Part shown: piece by piece, positions 30,089 through 40,036 of the stretch
Position numbering within the stretch: position 1 is the stretch's first letter
Layout: each line of letters begins with the position of its first letter
The notes under the pieces: generated by a model
What the model saw: the letters and a program-made list of their open reading frames with translations, nothing else
What the model was told of the DNA's origin: nothing
Database searches by the model: none
Made by a program: the position numbers and the translations under genes
NCBI GenBank assembly: GCA_028692545.1
Contig: JAQUXC010000001.1
Location: forward strand, 92,658-156,657
DNA from: Patescibacteria group bacterium
GTDB lineage: Bacteria; Patescibacteriota; Patescibacteriia; UBA1558; S5-K13
Length of the DNA stretch: 64,000 bases
Direction of reading: 5' to 3'

Positions 30089-31192
30089 TTATTTTTTTAT
30101 TTGATAGATTTGCCCCCCAGTGTTATTAATTAATTTAGAAATCTCCATCTGAGTCAAATTTGATATAACGACATTAGCCTTTAGTGTACTATATTCTATG
30201 ATTTTGTCAATGTGGCATGGACCATTCAAAAGAATTTTGTAGATTATTTTTTGTTGTTCATTTTCAAAATTTATAAAATCAATATTCTCCTTTATCATTA
30301 TAGTCTTTTTGCCGTATATCTCCAATATATCCTCTACTTTTTCTATTATTTTTGCACCTTGTTTTATAAGCCTTATGTTTCCTTTTACATAATTATCAAA
30401 TATAGATCCAGTAACTGTGAGTATTTCTCTATTTTCATTTATAGCAAATTCAGAAGTTATTAGAGCTCCAGATTTTTCTCCTGCCTCTACTACAAAAGTA
30501 GCTTGAGATAATCCAGCAATTATCCTATTTCTTCTTGCAAAGTTTTCTTTTACAAAAGGAGTGTTTATAGGCATTTCAGATATTATAAGTCCATTTTTGA
30601 GTATTTTCTGCGCAAGATTGTAATTGCAATTTGGATATATTTTATCTATTGGTGTGCCTAAAACAGCAATCGTAGATCCAGATGTATCCAGTGATTCAAT
30701 ATGTGCAAGTGAATCAATACCAATTGCAAGTCCTGACACTATTGTAATGTTTTGTTCTGCAACTGGACGGACAAAATTTTGCACAACAGATTTTCCATAT
30801 TGAGTATTTCTTCTTGTACCTACTACACTTAAGAAGTTTTTATGTTGGAGTAAATTTATATTTCCTCTTGCAAATATTACAAGTGGAGGAGAGTATGTTT
30901 GTTTTAATAAATATGGATATTCATTATCAAAAAATGTAATAATTTTTATATTTTGATTTTTGTATAAATTCCATGTTTTTTCTACATTTATTTTATCTCG
31001 TTCTTGTATGAAACAATTTGTTAAATTTTCTGGGAAATTTATTTTTTTGAAATCTGAATAATTCAAATTCCAAATTTTTTCCCAATCCCCAAATTCTTCA
31101 TATAATTTTGTAATTCTACAAAATCCTAAATTGGGTATCAAAAAAAGGCCAAGAATTATTTTTCGATGCGCTTCTTCAAAATTGCTTTTCAT
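30089..31192 (-). CDS. dprA: DNA processing protein DprA (Smf)
   Basis: It has the Rossmann-like DprA core with GLAIGIDSLAH and TIAVLGTPIDKIYP. Confidence 0.75.
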   Translation of the reverse strand: MKSNFEEAHRKIILGLFLIPNLGFCRITKLYEEFGDWEKIWNLNYSDFKKINFPENLTNCFIQERDKINVEKTWNLYKNQNIKIITFFDNEYPYLLKQTYSPPLVIFARGNINLLQHKNFLSVVGTRRNTQYGKSVVQNFVRPVAEQNITIVSGLAIGIDSLAHIESLDTSGSTIAVLGTPIDKIYPNCNYNLAQKILKNGLIISEMPINTPFVKENFARRNRIIAGLSQATFVVEAGEKSGALITSEFAINENREILTVTGSIFDNYVKGNIRLIKQGAKIIEKVEDILEIYGKKTIMIKENIDFINFENEQQKIIYKILLNGPCHIDKIIEYSTLKANVVISNLTQMEISKLINNTGGQIYQIKK

Positions 31193-31315
31193 ACATTTTG
31201 ATTATTTCTTTATTTGATATTATATTTTTTTTAAATTTTTGTAAATAGGCAAAACTTGGATATTAATTATTGTAGAGTTAATAGTGTTACCTATTAGTAT
31301 TAATTATACAATTAC

Positions 31316-31344
31316 TTGACAATACTTGTTTAATTTGCTATACT
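31316..31344 (+). promoter_or_regulatory. consensus-like sigma70 promoter TTGACA-N17-TATACT
   Basis: It is an exact -35 with a 17-bp spacer and a good -10. Confidence 0.55.
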
Positions 31345-31349
31345 TCCAT

Positions 31350-31527
31350 TTAGTTTTAACAATTTATATTTAGATTTCTGCTTGTTGGTAGTTCTTGATA
31401 ACACCCCTCCTTGTTGTCTTGAGCGCAAGTTAGATAGTTTTCTTTGCTTCGGCTTATGAAGATTGTTTACACCAGCGAGCAGTAATGTGCATATAAATAG
31501 CAAGTCTTTCTAGGGCTTGTTTTTTTT
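31350..31527 (+). ncRNA. candidate small RNA or cis-regulatory leader bounded by a promoter and an intrinsic terminator
   Basis: A promoter lies at 31316-31344 and a terminator hairpin caagtc/ggcttg plus T8 at 31501-31527. A UUCG-capped stem gcttcggc is internal. The downstream ORF has its own GGAGG RBS at 31570. Confidence 0.35.
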
Positions 31528-31536
31528 GTATAAAAT

Positions 31537-32007
31537 GTGTTATTGTTTAAAATTAAAAAAGAATACATTGGAGGAATGATGCAAGTAACATCAGAAAATA
31601 TTTTAGTGATTATAAGGAGTACATTGGACAAAAGTGCAAGAAGTATGAATCAAGTGATAACTGCAAAAATATTAGAGTTGGGTTCAATGACTCAAAAGCA
31701 AGCAGAAGTATTTTGCAGTATTTTGAAAGGATCTTTCAAAGATTCTCTTGGGGATTTTGTAAAGGTGTATTCCCATTTTGTTGAATGTGGGAATTTTATC
31801 ATGATTAAGGGCAGTAGAATTGTTGGTCACAACGAGTCAGTTGCTAAGGTCTATAGAAGAATTGCTAAACTTCTCTTAGCGACAGCATCTGATGAAGAAA
31901 TTTTATCATATGCTAAGAATGTTAAACGTTTTAAAAAGGATCTAACTTCCGAAAGAGATAAGCTCCAACCAAAATTTAGAAAAAAACAAAAAGGAGATAA
32001 AAAATGA
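31537..32007 (+). CDS. hypothetical protein (likely true start at ATG 31576/31579 after the GGAGG RBS)
   Basis: It is a 156-aa ORF with an RBS at 31570-31574. No motif was recognised. Confidence 0.4.
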   Translation: MLLFKIKKEYIGGMMQVTSENILVIIRSTLDKSARSMNQVITAKILELGSMTQKQAEVFCSILKGSFKDSLGDFVKVYSHFVECGNFIMIKGSRIVGHNESVAKVYRRIAKLLLATASDEEILSYAKNVKRFKKDLTSERDKLQPKFRKKQKGDKK

Positions 32008-32555
32008 AGAGTTTTATGTTTTTGATAGTCGTGATGTTGGCTCTATTCATGTTTGGGTGTGAAGACATCACGAGAGTCTCAATTCATGATGACAATCAAG
32101 ACGGAGTATATCACTGGGGCCCAGGAGATGTTGTGGGTAATGTTGCGATGGACTTTCATCCAGCAATAGAAAATACTCCGGCATACTCTGTGGTGCATAA
32201 TCTCTCTCCTGTTGCTATAGGGTATGACGTTAGAAAAAGGGATGATGCTTCATTTATCTGTTTCGCAGATTCCTACATTGGTGGTAATGATTACTCTATT
32301 CAACAGGGAAATCTTCCGCTTGACGAATGGCTCAAAGTTCGCCTCGTGGTTTATAAGAGCGGACTTTTGGGTGGAGTTGTTGTTGTTATTCAGGCTTTGG
32401 GTTTAGACTTTTTTGATTCGCTGAAGTCTTATATGATAGATTCTGTCTATGAGGCAGAGTTTATTCTTATCTCAGACGATGGATTGAAATGGTCTGACAT
32501 ATGGTCTGGCCTTCATTGGAAGAAAATTTTAAAGGAGGAATTTTTTAAGAAATAA
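32004..32555 (+). CDS. hypothetical secreted protein / possible lipoprotein
   Basis: The N-terminal hydrophobic segment ends in FMFGC. It overlaps the upstream gene by 4 nt. Confidence 0.4.
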   Translation: MKSFMFLIVVMLALFMFGCEDITRVSIHDDNQDGVYHWGPGDVVGNVAMDFHPAIENTPAYSVVHNLSPVAIGYDVRKRDDASFICFADSYIGGNDYSIQQGNLPLDEWLKVRLVVYKSGLLGGVVVVIQALGLDFFDSLKSYMIDSVYEAEFILISDDGLKWSDIWSGLHWKKILKEEFFKK

Positions 32556-32575
32556 ATAATAGTACAATCTATAAA

Positions 32576-32603
32576 AAACGCGTCGAGCTTAACTCGACGC
32601 GTT
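32576..32603. terminator. bidirectional intrinsic terminator (11-bp stem aacgcgtcgag/ctcgacgcgtt)
   Basis: It sits between convergent genes and is flanked by an A-run and a T-run. Confidence 0.75.
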
Positions 32604-32630
32604 TTAATTTTGTATTGTTTTAAAATAAAT

Positions 32631-33182
32631 TTAATTGTATTTGTTCATAGCTTCTGTCATTTTATTTTCTAAACATAGTTTCAATGCTTCTATAGAATTA
32701 TCAATTGCGATATTTACTTTTTGTTTTTCATCATCAAAGAATTTTTGAAGGACAATATCTTCGCTAGGAATATTTTTTATTGTCTCATTTTTTATTCCAA
32801 CCCTAATTCTTGCAAATTCTGTTGACTTCAAATTTCCCGTTATTGATTTTATTCCATTATGCCCAGCAGAGGATTCAAATATTCCAATTTTTATTTTCCC
32901 CATTTCTATATCCAAGTCATCATTAATTATTACAATATCTTTTGTGTCAATTTTGTAATATTCTTTTAACAAACTTACTGCATCTCCACTTTCATTCATC
33001 CAAGTAGTTGGTTTGGCAATAATTATATCTCCAATTTTTGCAATTTGAGATTTTAATTTTTTGTTTTCTGTAAAAATAGTCTCAAGTTCAGTTGCAAATT
33101 TTTCTACAACAAGAAATCCACAATTGTGTTTTGTGTTTTCATATTGCTTACCTGGATTTCCAAGTCCTATTATTAGCTTCAT
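32631..33182 (-). CDS. pth: peptidyl-tRNA hydrolase
   Basis: It has the N-terminus MKLIIGLGNPGKQYENTKHNCGF and a conserved HNG motif. Confidence 0.85.
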   Translation of the reverse strand: MKLIIGLGNPGKQYENTKHNCGFLVVEKFATELETIFTENKKLKSQIAKIGDIIIAKPTTWMNESGDAVSLLKEYYKIDTKDIVIINDDLDIEMGKIKIGIFESSAGHNGIKSITGNLKSTEFARIRVGIKNETIKNIPSEDIVLQKFFDDEKQKVNIAIDNSIEALKLCLENKMTEAMNKYN

Positions 33183-33189
33183 ACTTATA

Positions 33190-34566
33190 TTATGTAATAT
33201 TTTTCAATTTTTTTACATAGACTACTACTTGAATACCTTTTAATCCATATTCTTCTCTTATCTTTTTCTCTATAAATCGTAAATATGATTCATGTAAACT
33301 AGATTTTGCTCCTATCATTATTTCAAATGTTAGAGGAGAAATTGCTACTTGTTTTATCTTGTATAATCTTGGTTTTATAGCTCCACGTCCTATTGTAGGT
33401 GGATGAATTTTTATTATTTTTTTTCTTAACCAGTCTAATTCGTCATCTGTAAATTTTCTTTTTGATTCATTATAAATTCTTATTGCTTCATCTAATATTT
33501 TTGTAGTTCTAATTTTTTCTTTTGCAGATACTGGCAATATTTGAGCCCATTGTAAGAATGGCATAGCTTGGTAATAATATTTTACATATTCATTGTATGT
33601 CTGTAGATTTTTTTCTTCTATTAAGTCCCATTTGTTTGCAATTATTATAAGTCCTTTTTTATTTTCTTTTACAAGTTCTGCAAATTTTAAATCTCCTACG
33701 CTTAAATTTTTTGATGAATCAGTCACTAGAAGTACTACATCTGTTTCTTTTATAGATCTTTCAGTTTGTTTTACTGATTTGAATTCTAATTCATTTTTTC
33801 TAATTTTACTTTTGTTTTTTCTAATACCAGCAGTATCTATAAGTAAAAATTTTGAATCTTTGTATGAAAAAGGAATAAATTGTGGATCTCGTGTTGTGTG
33901 TTCATCGCTTGATACTATAACTCTTTCTTCTTGTAATATGGAATTGATAATAGAGGATTTGCCAACATTTGTTTTTCCTATAAAAATAATTTTTATAATA
34001 TCTTCTTCTTTTTCTTTTTTTGTTGGTCTTTTAGCTTTTACATTCTTTACAACTATATCAAGAAGGTCTCCTACGCCAGAACCATTTATAGCAGAAATTT
34101 TTATTGGTTCTCCAAGTCCTAATTCATAAAATTCATCAGCTTGTTGTCTTTCTTTGTTATTTCCACATTTATTTGCAACAAGTAAATATTTTAATTTATT
34201 CTTTTTTAAATAATTTGCAAATTGTTTGTCTTGAGGCATAATCCCAGTTTTTGAATCAACAAGAAACAAAACTAATTGAGATTTTGATATTGCATCTTTT
34301 ACTTTTTGGATTATTTTTAAATCCATTTCATCTTGTATTTTATCTTCTTTTTCAAACATATTTTCTTCAATTCCACCAGTATCTATTGCTATGAATTTTT
34401 TTCCAAGCCATTCAGTCTCTTGATAATTTGCATCTCTTGTTGTACCAGGAACTCTGCTTGTAAGAGCTTTCTTTTTTACAAGTAAATTAAAAAGAGTGGA
34501 CTTGCCTACATTTGCACGTCCTATTATAGAAATCATAGGTAATTCTTTGTTTTTTGTAGATTCCAT
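33190..34566 (-). CDS. der: ribosome biogenesis GTPase Der (EngA), two GTPase domains plus KH-like domain
   Basis: It has two G1 motifs (GRANVGKST and GKTNVGKSS) with matching DxxG and NKxD motifs. Confidence 0.85.
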   Translation of the reverse strand: MESTKNKELPMISIIGRANVGKSTLFNLLVKKKALTSRVPGTTRDANYQETEWLGKKFIAIDTGGIEENMFEKEDKIQDEMDLKIIQKVKDAISKSQLVLFLVDSKTGIMPQDKQFANYLKKNKLKYLLVANKCGNNKERQQADEFYELGLGEPIKISAINGSGVGDLLDIVVKNVKAKRPTKKEKEEDIIKIIFIGKTNVGKSSIINSILQEERVIVSSDEHTTRDPQFIPFSYKDSKFLLIDTAGIRKNKSKIRKNELEFKSVKQTERSIKETDVVLLVTDSSKNLSVGDLKFAELVKENKKGLIIIANKWDLIEEKNLQTYNEYVKYYYQAMPFLQWAQILPVSAKEKIRTTKILDEAIRIYNESKRKFTDDELDWLRKKIIKIHPPTIGRGAIKPRLYKIKQVAISPLTFEIMIGAKSSLHESYLRFIEKKIREEYGLKGIQVVVYVKKLKNIT

Positions 34567-34585
34567 CTTTGATTATTTTAAAAAA

Positions 34586-36004
34586 TTATTTTGATATTTG
34601 ATCTTCGCCTAATAATATCAAAAAGTCAAGGTTTTCATCGTCTTTATAATCTTTTAGATAATCTGGCAGAGCGGTAGATCTTGCTCCGAGTATTGTAGAT
34701 TGAATAGTTTTTAAAGTTTCAGGTTTTTTGTTTTTACTCAAATCGTATATTACTGTTGTAGATATTTCTTGGTTTGGTGAATTATCTATTTTTGTTATTT
34801 CTAGTCCAGCTTTTTGTAATTTATTAGATATGGTTGATGCTAGTCCAATAGTTTTTGTACCATTTAATATATATATATTAGATTGTTCTTTTTCTAATTT
34901 TTTCCCATCTTCTTCATTAAATATATTTATAAAAAATGAAGTAATGAGATTGTAATCATTATTTTTTGGTATCAATATAAACGCACCGTCATAGGTAGAA
35001 GTGGCGTTTCTTAGAAGATTATCTGGTTCATCATTTAATACTTTTTTATAAATATTATCTTTATCCATAGATCTAAGTGTTTCTACAAATCTCATAGCTT
35101 CCCAGCTTTCTGCATCTGTTATTATATAATTTTGTAATATTTTAAAAAGTTTTATTACTTTTTGTGGATTAGATAATGTAGAAAAACTTAATACTTTATC
35201 CTTTAAAGCTTTTATTATTTTGAATTGTCTTTCTGATCTTGCAAAATCAGATCCTTCAAATCCACTACCACTAGTTACTGTTCCATGACGACTTCTTGCA
35301 TATTGGAGTGCTCGTTCTCCATTTAGGTGTTGTTCTCCTTTTTCAAATTTTACAGTTTGATATTTATGATTTTTTGTTGGATACATATAATCCACAAAAC
35401 TATTATCTACATATACATCAATACCACCTAGAGCATCTATAATTTCTTCAAATCCGAAAAAATCTATCGCTACAGCATAGTGTATTGGTATGCCTATGTT
35501 TTTACTTATCATTTCTTTTGCATAAGAGAGTCCCCCATGGTTTCCAGAATATTCCCCAATACTATATAGATTATTTATTTTTTTATATGTATTATTATTT
35601 GTTTTTACAACCAAATCTCTTGGGATAGAAACAAGTGCAGTTTCTTTTGTTTCATAATTATAACTAAGAAGAATAATTGTATCTGTAAGAAGTGGTCCAT
35701 CGTGCCCTTCTCCACCCATACCAAGTATTAAGACATTTGTTCTTCCTTCTTTTTCACCATTTAACCTTTTTGTTTCAGATGATATGAGATGTGATATTTG
35801 GTTTATAAGAGGATTTTTTTTAATAGTAGTAGCAAATTCTGTTTTGGAATATGCCGCTATATTTGAAAGTAAAAAAATACATAACAAAAAAACTATTAGA
35901 AACAAAAAAAGCATATTTTTAAATATCAACCAGAATTTGCTTTTTTTATGTTTTTTGTCTAATTCTTGAAGAGTTATGTTTCCATCATTTTTTAATAAAT
36001 CCAT
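34586..36004 (-). CDS. LytR-CpsA-Psr (LCP) family cell envelope glycopolymer transferase
   Basis: It has an N-terminal TM helix, the LCP core NVLILGMGGEGHDGPLLTDTIILLSYN, and a C-terminal LytR_C-like region. Confidence 0.7.
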   Translation of the reverse strand: MDLLKNDGNITLQELDKKHKKSKFWLIFKNMLFLFLIVFLLCIFLLSNIAAYSKTEFATTIKKNPLINQISHLISSETKRLNGEKEGRTNVLILGMGGEGHDGPLLTDTIILLSYNYETKETALVSIPRDLVVKTNNNTYKKINNLYSIGEYSGNHGGLSYAKEMISKNIGIPIHYAVAIDFFGFEEIIDALGGIDVYVDNSFVDYMYPTKNHKYQTVKFEKGEQHLNGERALQYARSRHGTVTSGSGFEGSDFARSERQFKIIKALKDKVLSFSTLSNPQKVIKLFKILQNYIITDAESWEAMRFVETLRSMDKDNIYKKVLNDEPDNLLRNATSTYDGAFILIPKNNDYNLITSFFINIFNEEDGKKLEKEQSNIYILNGTKTIGLASTISNKLQKAGLEITKIDNSPNQEISTTVIYDLSKNKKPETLKTIQSTILGARSTALPDYLKDYKDDENLDFLILLGEDQISK

Positions 36005-36093
36005 GATTATTTTACTCCTAATTAAAAATCTTTATTAAAATCATAATAATACAAAAAAACGTTTTTGTCCATCATATAGAGATTTTTTAATTT

Positions 36094-36288
36094 TTGAGTT
36101 ATAATGCAAATATAGATAATTTTAAATATATGGGTACACAAGAAGATTATTTTGGAAAAAAGGTTGATGAAATTATTGATATTTTAGTTGGTTTTGTTTT
36201 TGAAAAACTTCCAGGGATAATTATTATAGCTGTAATAATATTTTTACTTTGGAAAATTTTCCAGCCATCCATTAATATAACTTATTAA
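36094..36288 (+). CDS. small hypothetical membrane protein
   Basis: It is 64 aa with one TM helix. Confidence is low. Confidence 0.25.
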   Translation: MSYNANIDNFKYMGTQEDYFGKKVDEIIDILVGFVFEKLPGIIIIAVIIFLLWKIFQPSINITY

Positions 36289-36294
36289 TTTTTT

Positions 36295-36855
36295 ATGAAT
36301 TATATATCAAATAAATTTGAAGGAGGAAGTATGGATTCTATAGATCTTATGCCAGATGATCAATTAGAAATAGATTTGTTAATTGATAAAGATGGCAAAT
36401 CAAAAGAAGCTAGTGTCTTTATTGAAAATATAGAAATATTCGATAAAGACAAAACAAAAGCAAAAGAAGATCAACAGGAAATTTTTGAACTTATTGAAAA
36501 ACATCAGGAATTTCCTACCGTAGATAGTATAAATGATGTAATTAATGATGATGTTTCTGAAATAAATCAGAAAAATGATAAAAAACCAAAAGAATATCTT
36601 TTTACATTTAGAAGAGATGACGGTCATGGTCATGTTGAAGAATGTACCGTTGTTGCTGTTAATAATAAGCAGGCAAAATGGAAGGCAAGAAATCTTCTCC
36701 AACCAAAGGACAATACTATAGGTATTTGGGATGATAGAGTCGTCGAATGTAAGCCTGTTCCAGTTAATTTAAGTCATTTAAAGCATGGTAAGAAAATAGA
36801 TCAGAATTTTCAAGACTACAAAAATTCATCCTATTATAAGGCATATCAAGAATAA
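36295..36855 (+). CDS. hypothetical acidic protein
   Basis: It is a 186-aa ORF and no motif was recognised. Confidence 0.35.
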   Translation: MNYISNKFEGGSMDSIDLMPDDQLEIDLLIDKDGKSKEASVFIENIEIFDKDKTKAKEDQQEIFELIEKHQEFPTVDSINDVINDDVSEINQKNDKKPKEYLFTFRRDDGHGHVEECTVVAVNNKQAKWKARNLLQPKDNTIGIWDDRVVECKPVPVNLSHLKHGKKIDQNFQDYKNSSYYKAYQE

Positions 36856-36907
36856 AAAAGAGCAGATTGTATAAAACATTTTGCTCTTTTTGTTTTTATG
36901 TAAATTT

Positions 36908-38119
36908 TTATAATTTATTTTTATATTCTTCTATAATTTTTTGAAAATTTTCTTTATCTGTTTCTTCTATGGATCCAGTATTTGGAAAATCTTCTGTTTG
37001 TGGATTTATAAGAGATCCATTTTTTAACATTTCATAATGAATATGTGGGCCAGTAGAAAATCCAGTTGAACCAACGTATCCTATGGTTTGTCCCTGAGTT
37101 ACATGCTCTCCAGATTTGACGGCAAATTTTGATAAGTGTCCATAGTGTGTAGTGTAAGTGCTGTTATGCCTTATACTTACAAAATTTCCATAAGCACCGT
37201 TCCAAGATGCCATCATTATAGTGCCATCACCAACTGCTTTTATAGGTGTACCATATGGTGCAGCATAATCTATTGCACGATGTTTTGTAGAAACATTGAA
37301 AGCTTCTATATATCTTGATCCAGTTGTAAATGGAGATGAAATATATTTGTAAGATACAGGAGCCTTTAAAAATATTTTTTGTAAACTATTTCCATCTTTA
37401 TCATAGTGCCCCTCAATTTCACTAGAATTTTTGAAATAATATCCACTGTATTCTCTACCACTATTTATAAATTTTGCAGCTAATATTTTTCCAGGCATTA
37501 TATAATTGCCATTTAGATATCTTTCTTCATAAATAAATTTAAAATAATCTCCTTTTTGTATATTCATTGCAAAATCAATTGTCCATTGAAAGACATCGGC
37601 AAGTTCTATGATAGCAACTTCGTCCAAATTTAATTTTAGTCCTGTTTCATAAAGAGAAGATTCTATTGTGCCCTCAGATGTTTTTATTTTTACCTCATAA
37701 TTTATTGGTTTTTTTTCTGCATTCCAAGAACCATCTTTTTGAAGATATACGCGTAATTCTTCCTCAGTATCTATTTGATATATTAATTCTTTTAGTTCGT
37801 TTGTATTTTTATCATGCATTAATTTTATTTCTCTTCCAACTCTTATTTTTGAAAGATCATATAAATTTTTTGCTGCTTCAAAAATTATGGTTGATGTAGC
37901 ACTACAAATATTAGCTTGTGTCATGAGTTCTCCATAGGTACATTCTGGCTCTATTTTTATAGATGTTTCTATATATGGATTTTCTTTTACTTTTTGAGCT
38001 ATTTCTTTATTAATTTTATTTGATGAATTATTTTTTTGAAAATAAATAAATATAGAAGAAATTAATAATATAATAATTATTAATAATACATATTTTTTAT
38101 ATTTTGATATTTTGTTCAT
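36908..38119 (-). CDS. M23 family metallopeptidase (LytM-like) with N-terminal membrane anchor
   Basis: The M23 motifs HRAIDYAA...HYGH...GSTGFSTGPHIHYE are present. Confidence 0.8.
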   Translation of the reverse strand: MNKISKYKKYVLLIIIILLISSIFIYFQKNNSSNKINKEIAQKVKENPYIETSIKIEPECTYGELMTQANICSATSTIIFEAAKNLYDLSKIRVGREIKLMHDKNTNELKELIYQIDTEEELRVYLQKDGSWNAEKKPINYEVKIKTSEGTIESSLYETGLKLNLDEVAIIELADVFQWTIDFAMNIQKGDYFKFIYEERYLNGNYIMPGKILAAKFINSGREYSGYYFKNSSEIEGHYDKDGNSLQKIFLKAPVSYKYISSPFTTGSRYIEAFNVSTKHRAIDYAAPYGTPIKAVGDGTIMMASWNGAYGNFVSIRHNSTYTTHYGHLSKFAVKSGEHVTQGQTIGYVGSTGFSTGPHIHYEMLKNGSLINPQTEDFPNTGSIEETDKENFQKIIEEYKNKL

Positions 38120-38232
38120 TTTTTGAAATTTATTTGTAATAATATTCTATCATATAAATTTATATAATCTCAATTTTGACAAAATAAATATAATTTTGTT
38201 AGGATATAAATAATAAATTTGATGGAGGAAAA

Positions 38233-38499
38233 ATGAAAACTATAAGTATATTCACTCCTGATCTTGGATCTATGGATATAAGCAAAATGGAGCCTTGGCA
38301 ACTGGTAATTTTTTTGACTTGGTTTTTTGGTCTTGTTATTTATTGCATAGTAATATACTTAAAAAAAAAGACTCCTCCTAATAATAAAAATGGAAGAGTC
38401 CAAAACAATGGATCTCATGATTCATTGTTTGATGAAAATGAAACTAATAGTAAGTACAGTTTTCTTGAATTTCTCAAGAGAACAAAGCATATGTCCTAA
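38233..38499 (+). CDS. small hypothetical membrane protein
   Basis: It is 88 aa with one TM helix. Confidence 0.3.
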   Translation: MKTISIFTPDLGSMDISKMEPWQLVIFLTWFFGLVIYCIVIYLKKKTPPNNKNGRVQNNGSHDSLFDENETNSKYSFLEFLKRTKHMS

Positions 38500-38502
38500 G
38501 GA

Positions 38503-38904
38503 GTGACAATGTTTGATAAGAAGATTATTATAGTTGATCTTGATTTATTAAATCGGAAACTATTTGGGCTCATACTTAAGGAGCTTGGAATACCAATAGT
38601 TTTTGCCGATTCTTATAACTCAGCTATCTGTGAAATTCAAGAAGATACACAAAAAGAAATTTGTTTAATGATGGTAAATCTTTCTCTTCCTATATGTAGT
38701 GGCAAAGAATTATCTGTATTTGTCCATGAAGAAAGGCCAGATATAAGAATAATTCTCTATGCTGCCCAACATATTTTAAATCTTACTAAAGAGATAGAAG
38801 AAATGTATCCAGATATAATACATGATTTTTTTTCAATTCCAGAGGAAAATGAGAATGTGTTAATCAGGATTGGTGTATTGTTGCCAGAAATTATGGGGGA
38901 TTAA
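38503..38904 (+). CDS. receiver-like domain protein lacking the canonical phospho-acceptor Asp (pseudo-receiver)
   Basis: It has a CheY-like fold pattern (IIIVDLD...) but Asn sits in MMVNLSLP where the Asp is expected. Confidence 0.35.
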   Translation: MTMFDKKIIIVDLDLLNRKLFGLILKELGIPIVFADSYNSAICEIQEDTQKEICLMMVNLSLPICSGKELSVFVHEERPDIRIILYAAQHILNLTKEIEEMYPDIIHDFFSIPEENENVLIRIGVLLPEIMGD

Positions 38905-39007
38905 TTTTTTTAAAAAAGAAGCCAGGTTCTATAGTATCCTGGCTTTTCATTATACAAAAAACTTTTCAATAGAGTTGAAAAGTTTTTAAATAGTTTATAA
39001 TAGGTTT

Positions 39008-39178
39008 TTATTTTTTTGCCAAAGTCTTTATGCATTTTGTACAAATTTTTATTTTTTCTCCATCAATTTTTTTTGATTGAAGATTTGCCCCTACTAATCT
39101 TCTTGTTCTAATGTTTGAATGACTTCTAAGAGATCCAGAAGTTGTTCCTTTTCCGCATTTTTCACAAACTCTTGACAT
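39008..39178 (-). CDS. rpmB: 50S ribosomal protein L28
   Basis: It is not in the ORF track because it is shorter than 60 aa. Manual translation gives MSRVCEKCGKGTTSGSLRSHSNIRTRRLVGANLQSKKIDGEKIKICTKCIKTLAKK, which carries the typical L28 N-terminus. Confidence 0.8.
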   Translation of the reverse strand: MSRVCEKCGKGTTSGSLRSHSNIRTRRLVGANLQSKKIDGEKIKICTKCIKTLAKK

Positions 39179-39267
39179 ATTATTTTGAATTTTATTGATT
39201 ATAATTTATAATACAGAGGATAGACAATTTTTCACATTTTGTCAACAATTATATATAAATTAATATT

Positions 39268-39906
39268 ATGATACTTGATTTATTATTTGAACAACCTATG
39301 GTTTTTGTAGCATGGCTTATAGCTATAGTTTTTAGTATTAGTATACATGAATTTGCTCATGCATATGCGGCAAATAGCCAAGGAGATCCAACAGCAAAAT
39401 TACTCGGGAGACTTACTTTGAATCCTTTGTCTCATATAGATCCAATGGGTTTTTTTGCATTACTTTTGGTAGGATTTGGTTGGGGAAAACCAGTTCCAGT
39501 AAATCCCATAAATTTTAGGAATAAAAAATGGGGAGATGTAATAGTGTCTTTTGCTGGGCCACTTTCAAACTTTGTCATGATTTTGACATTTGGTATTATT
39601 TTAAAATTGACATATCTGTATACGAATTTAGGACAAGATAATTTGATGATACAATTTTTATTTTTTATTGTAATGATAAATATTGTTTTGGGAATTTTTA
39701 ATCTTATTCCAATTCCACCGCTTGATGGTTCTCATATATTATTTAGTATTTTGCCATCTAACTTCAATGAATTTAAATATCAACTTGCAAAAAATGGACC
39801 GATGCTTCTTTTGGTATTAATTTTGGCAGATAATTTTTTAAATATAGGAATATTTTCTAGTCTATTTAATTATATATTTAATTTGGTTGGAAGATTGATA
39901 TTTTAG
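39268..39906 (+). CDS. site-2 protease family (peptidase M50) membrane metalloprotease
   Basis: It has HEFAHAYAA (HExxH) in a TM helix and NLIPIPPLDGSHIL (the LDG motif). Confidence 0.7.
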   Translation: MILDLLFEQPMVFVAWLIAIVFSISIHEFAHAYAANSQGDPTAKLLGRLTLNPLSHIDPMGFFALLLVGFGWGKPVPVNPINFRNKKWGDVIVSFAGPLSNFVMILTFGIILKLTYLYTNLGQDNLMIQFLFFIVMINIVLGIFNLIPIPPLDGSHILFSILPSNFNEFKYQLAKNGPMLLLVLILADNFLNIGIFSSLFNYIFNLVGRLIF

Positions 39907-40036
39907 ATAGTTCAAAATAATTTGTATTTTATAAATCACTTTTTAACTTTACACCCTCAGAGGGGGGTAGTATAATTAATATAATTATATATTTACATAT
40001 AAATATTAATAAAATTATTAATCTTTTTTAACGTCT

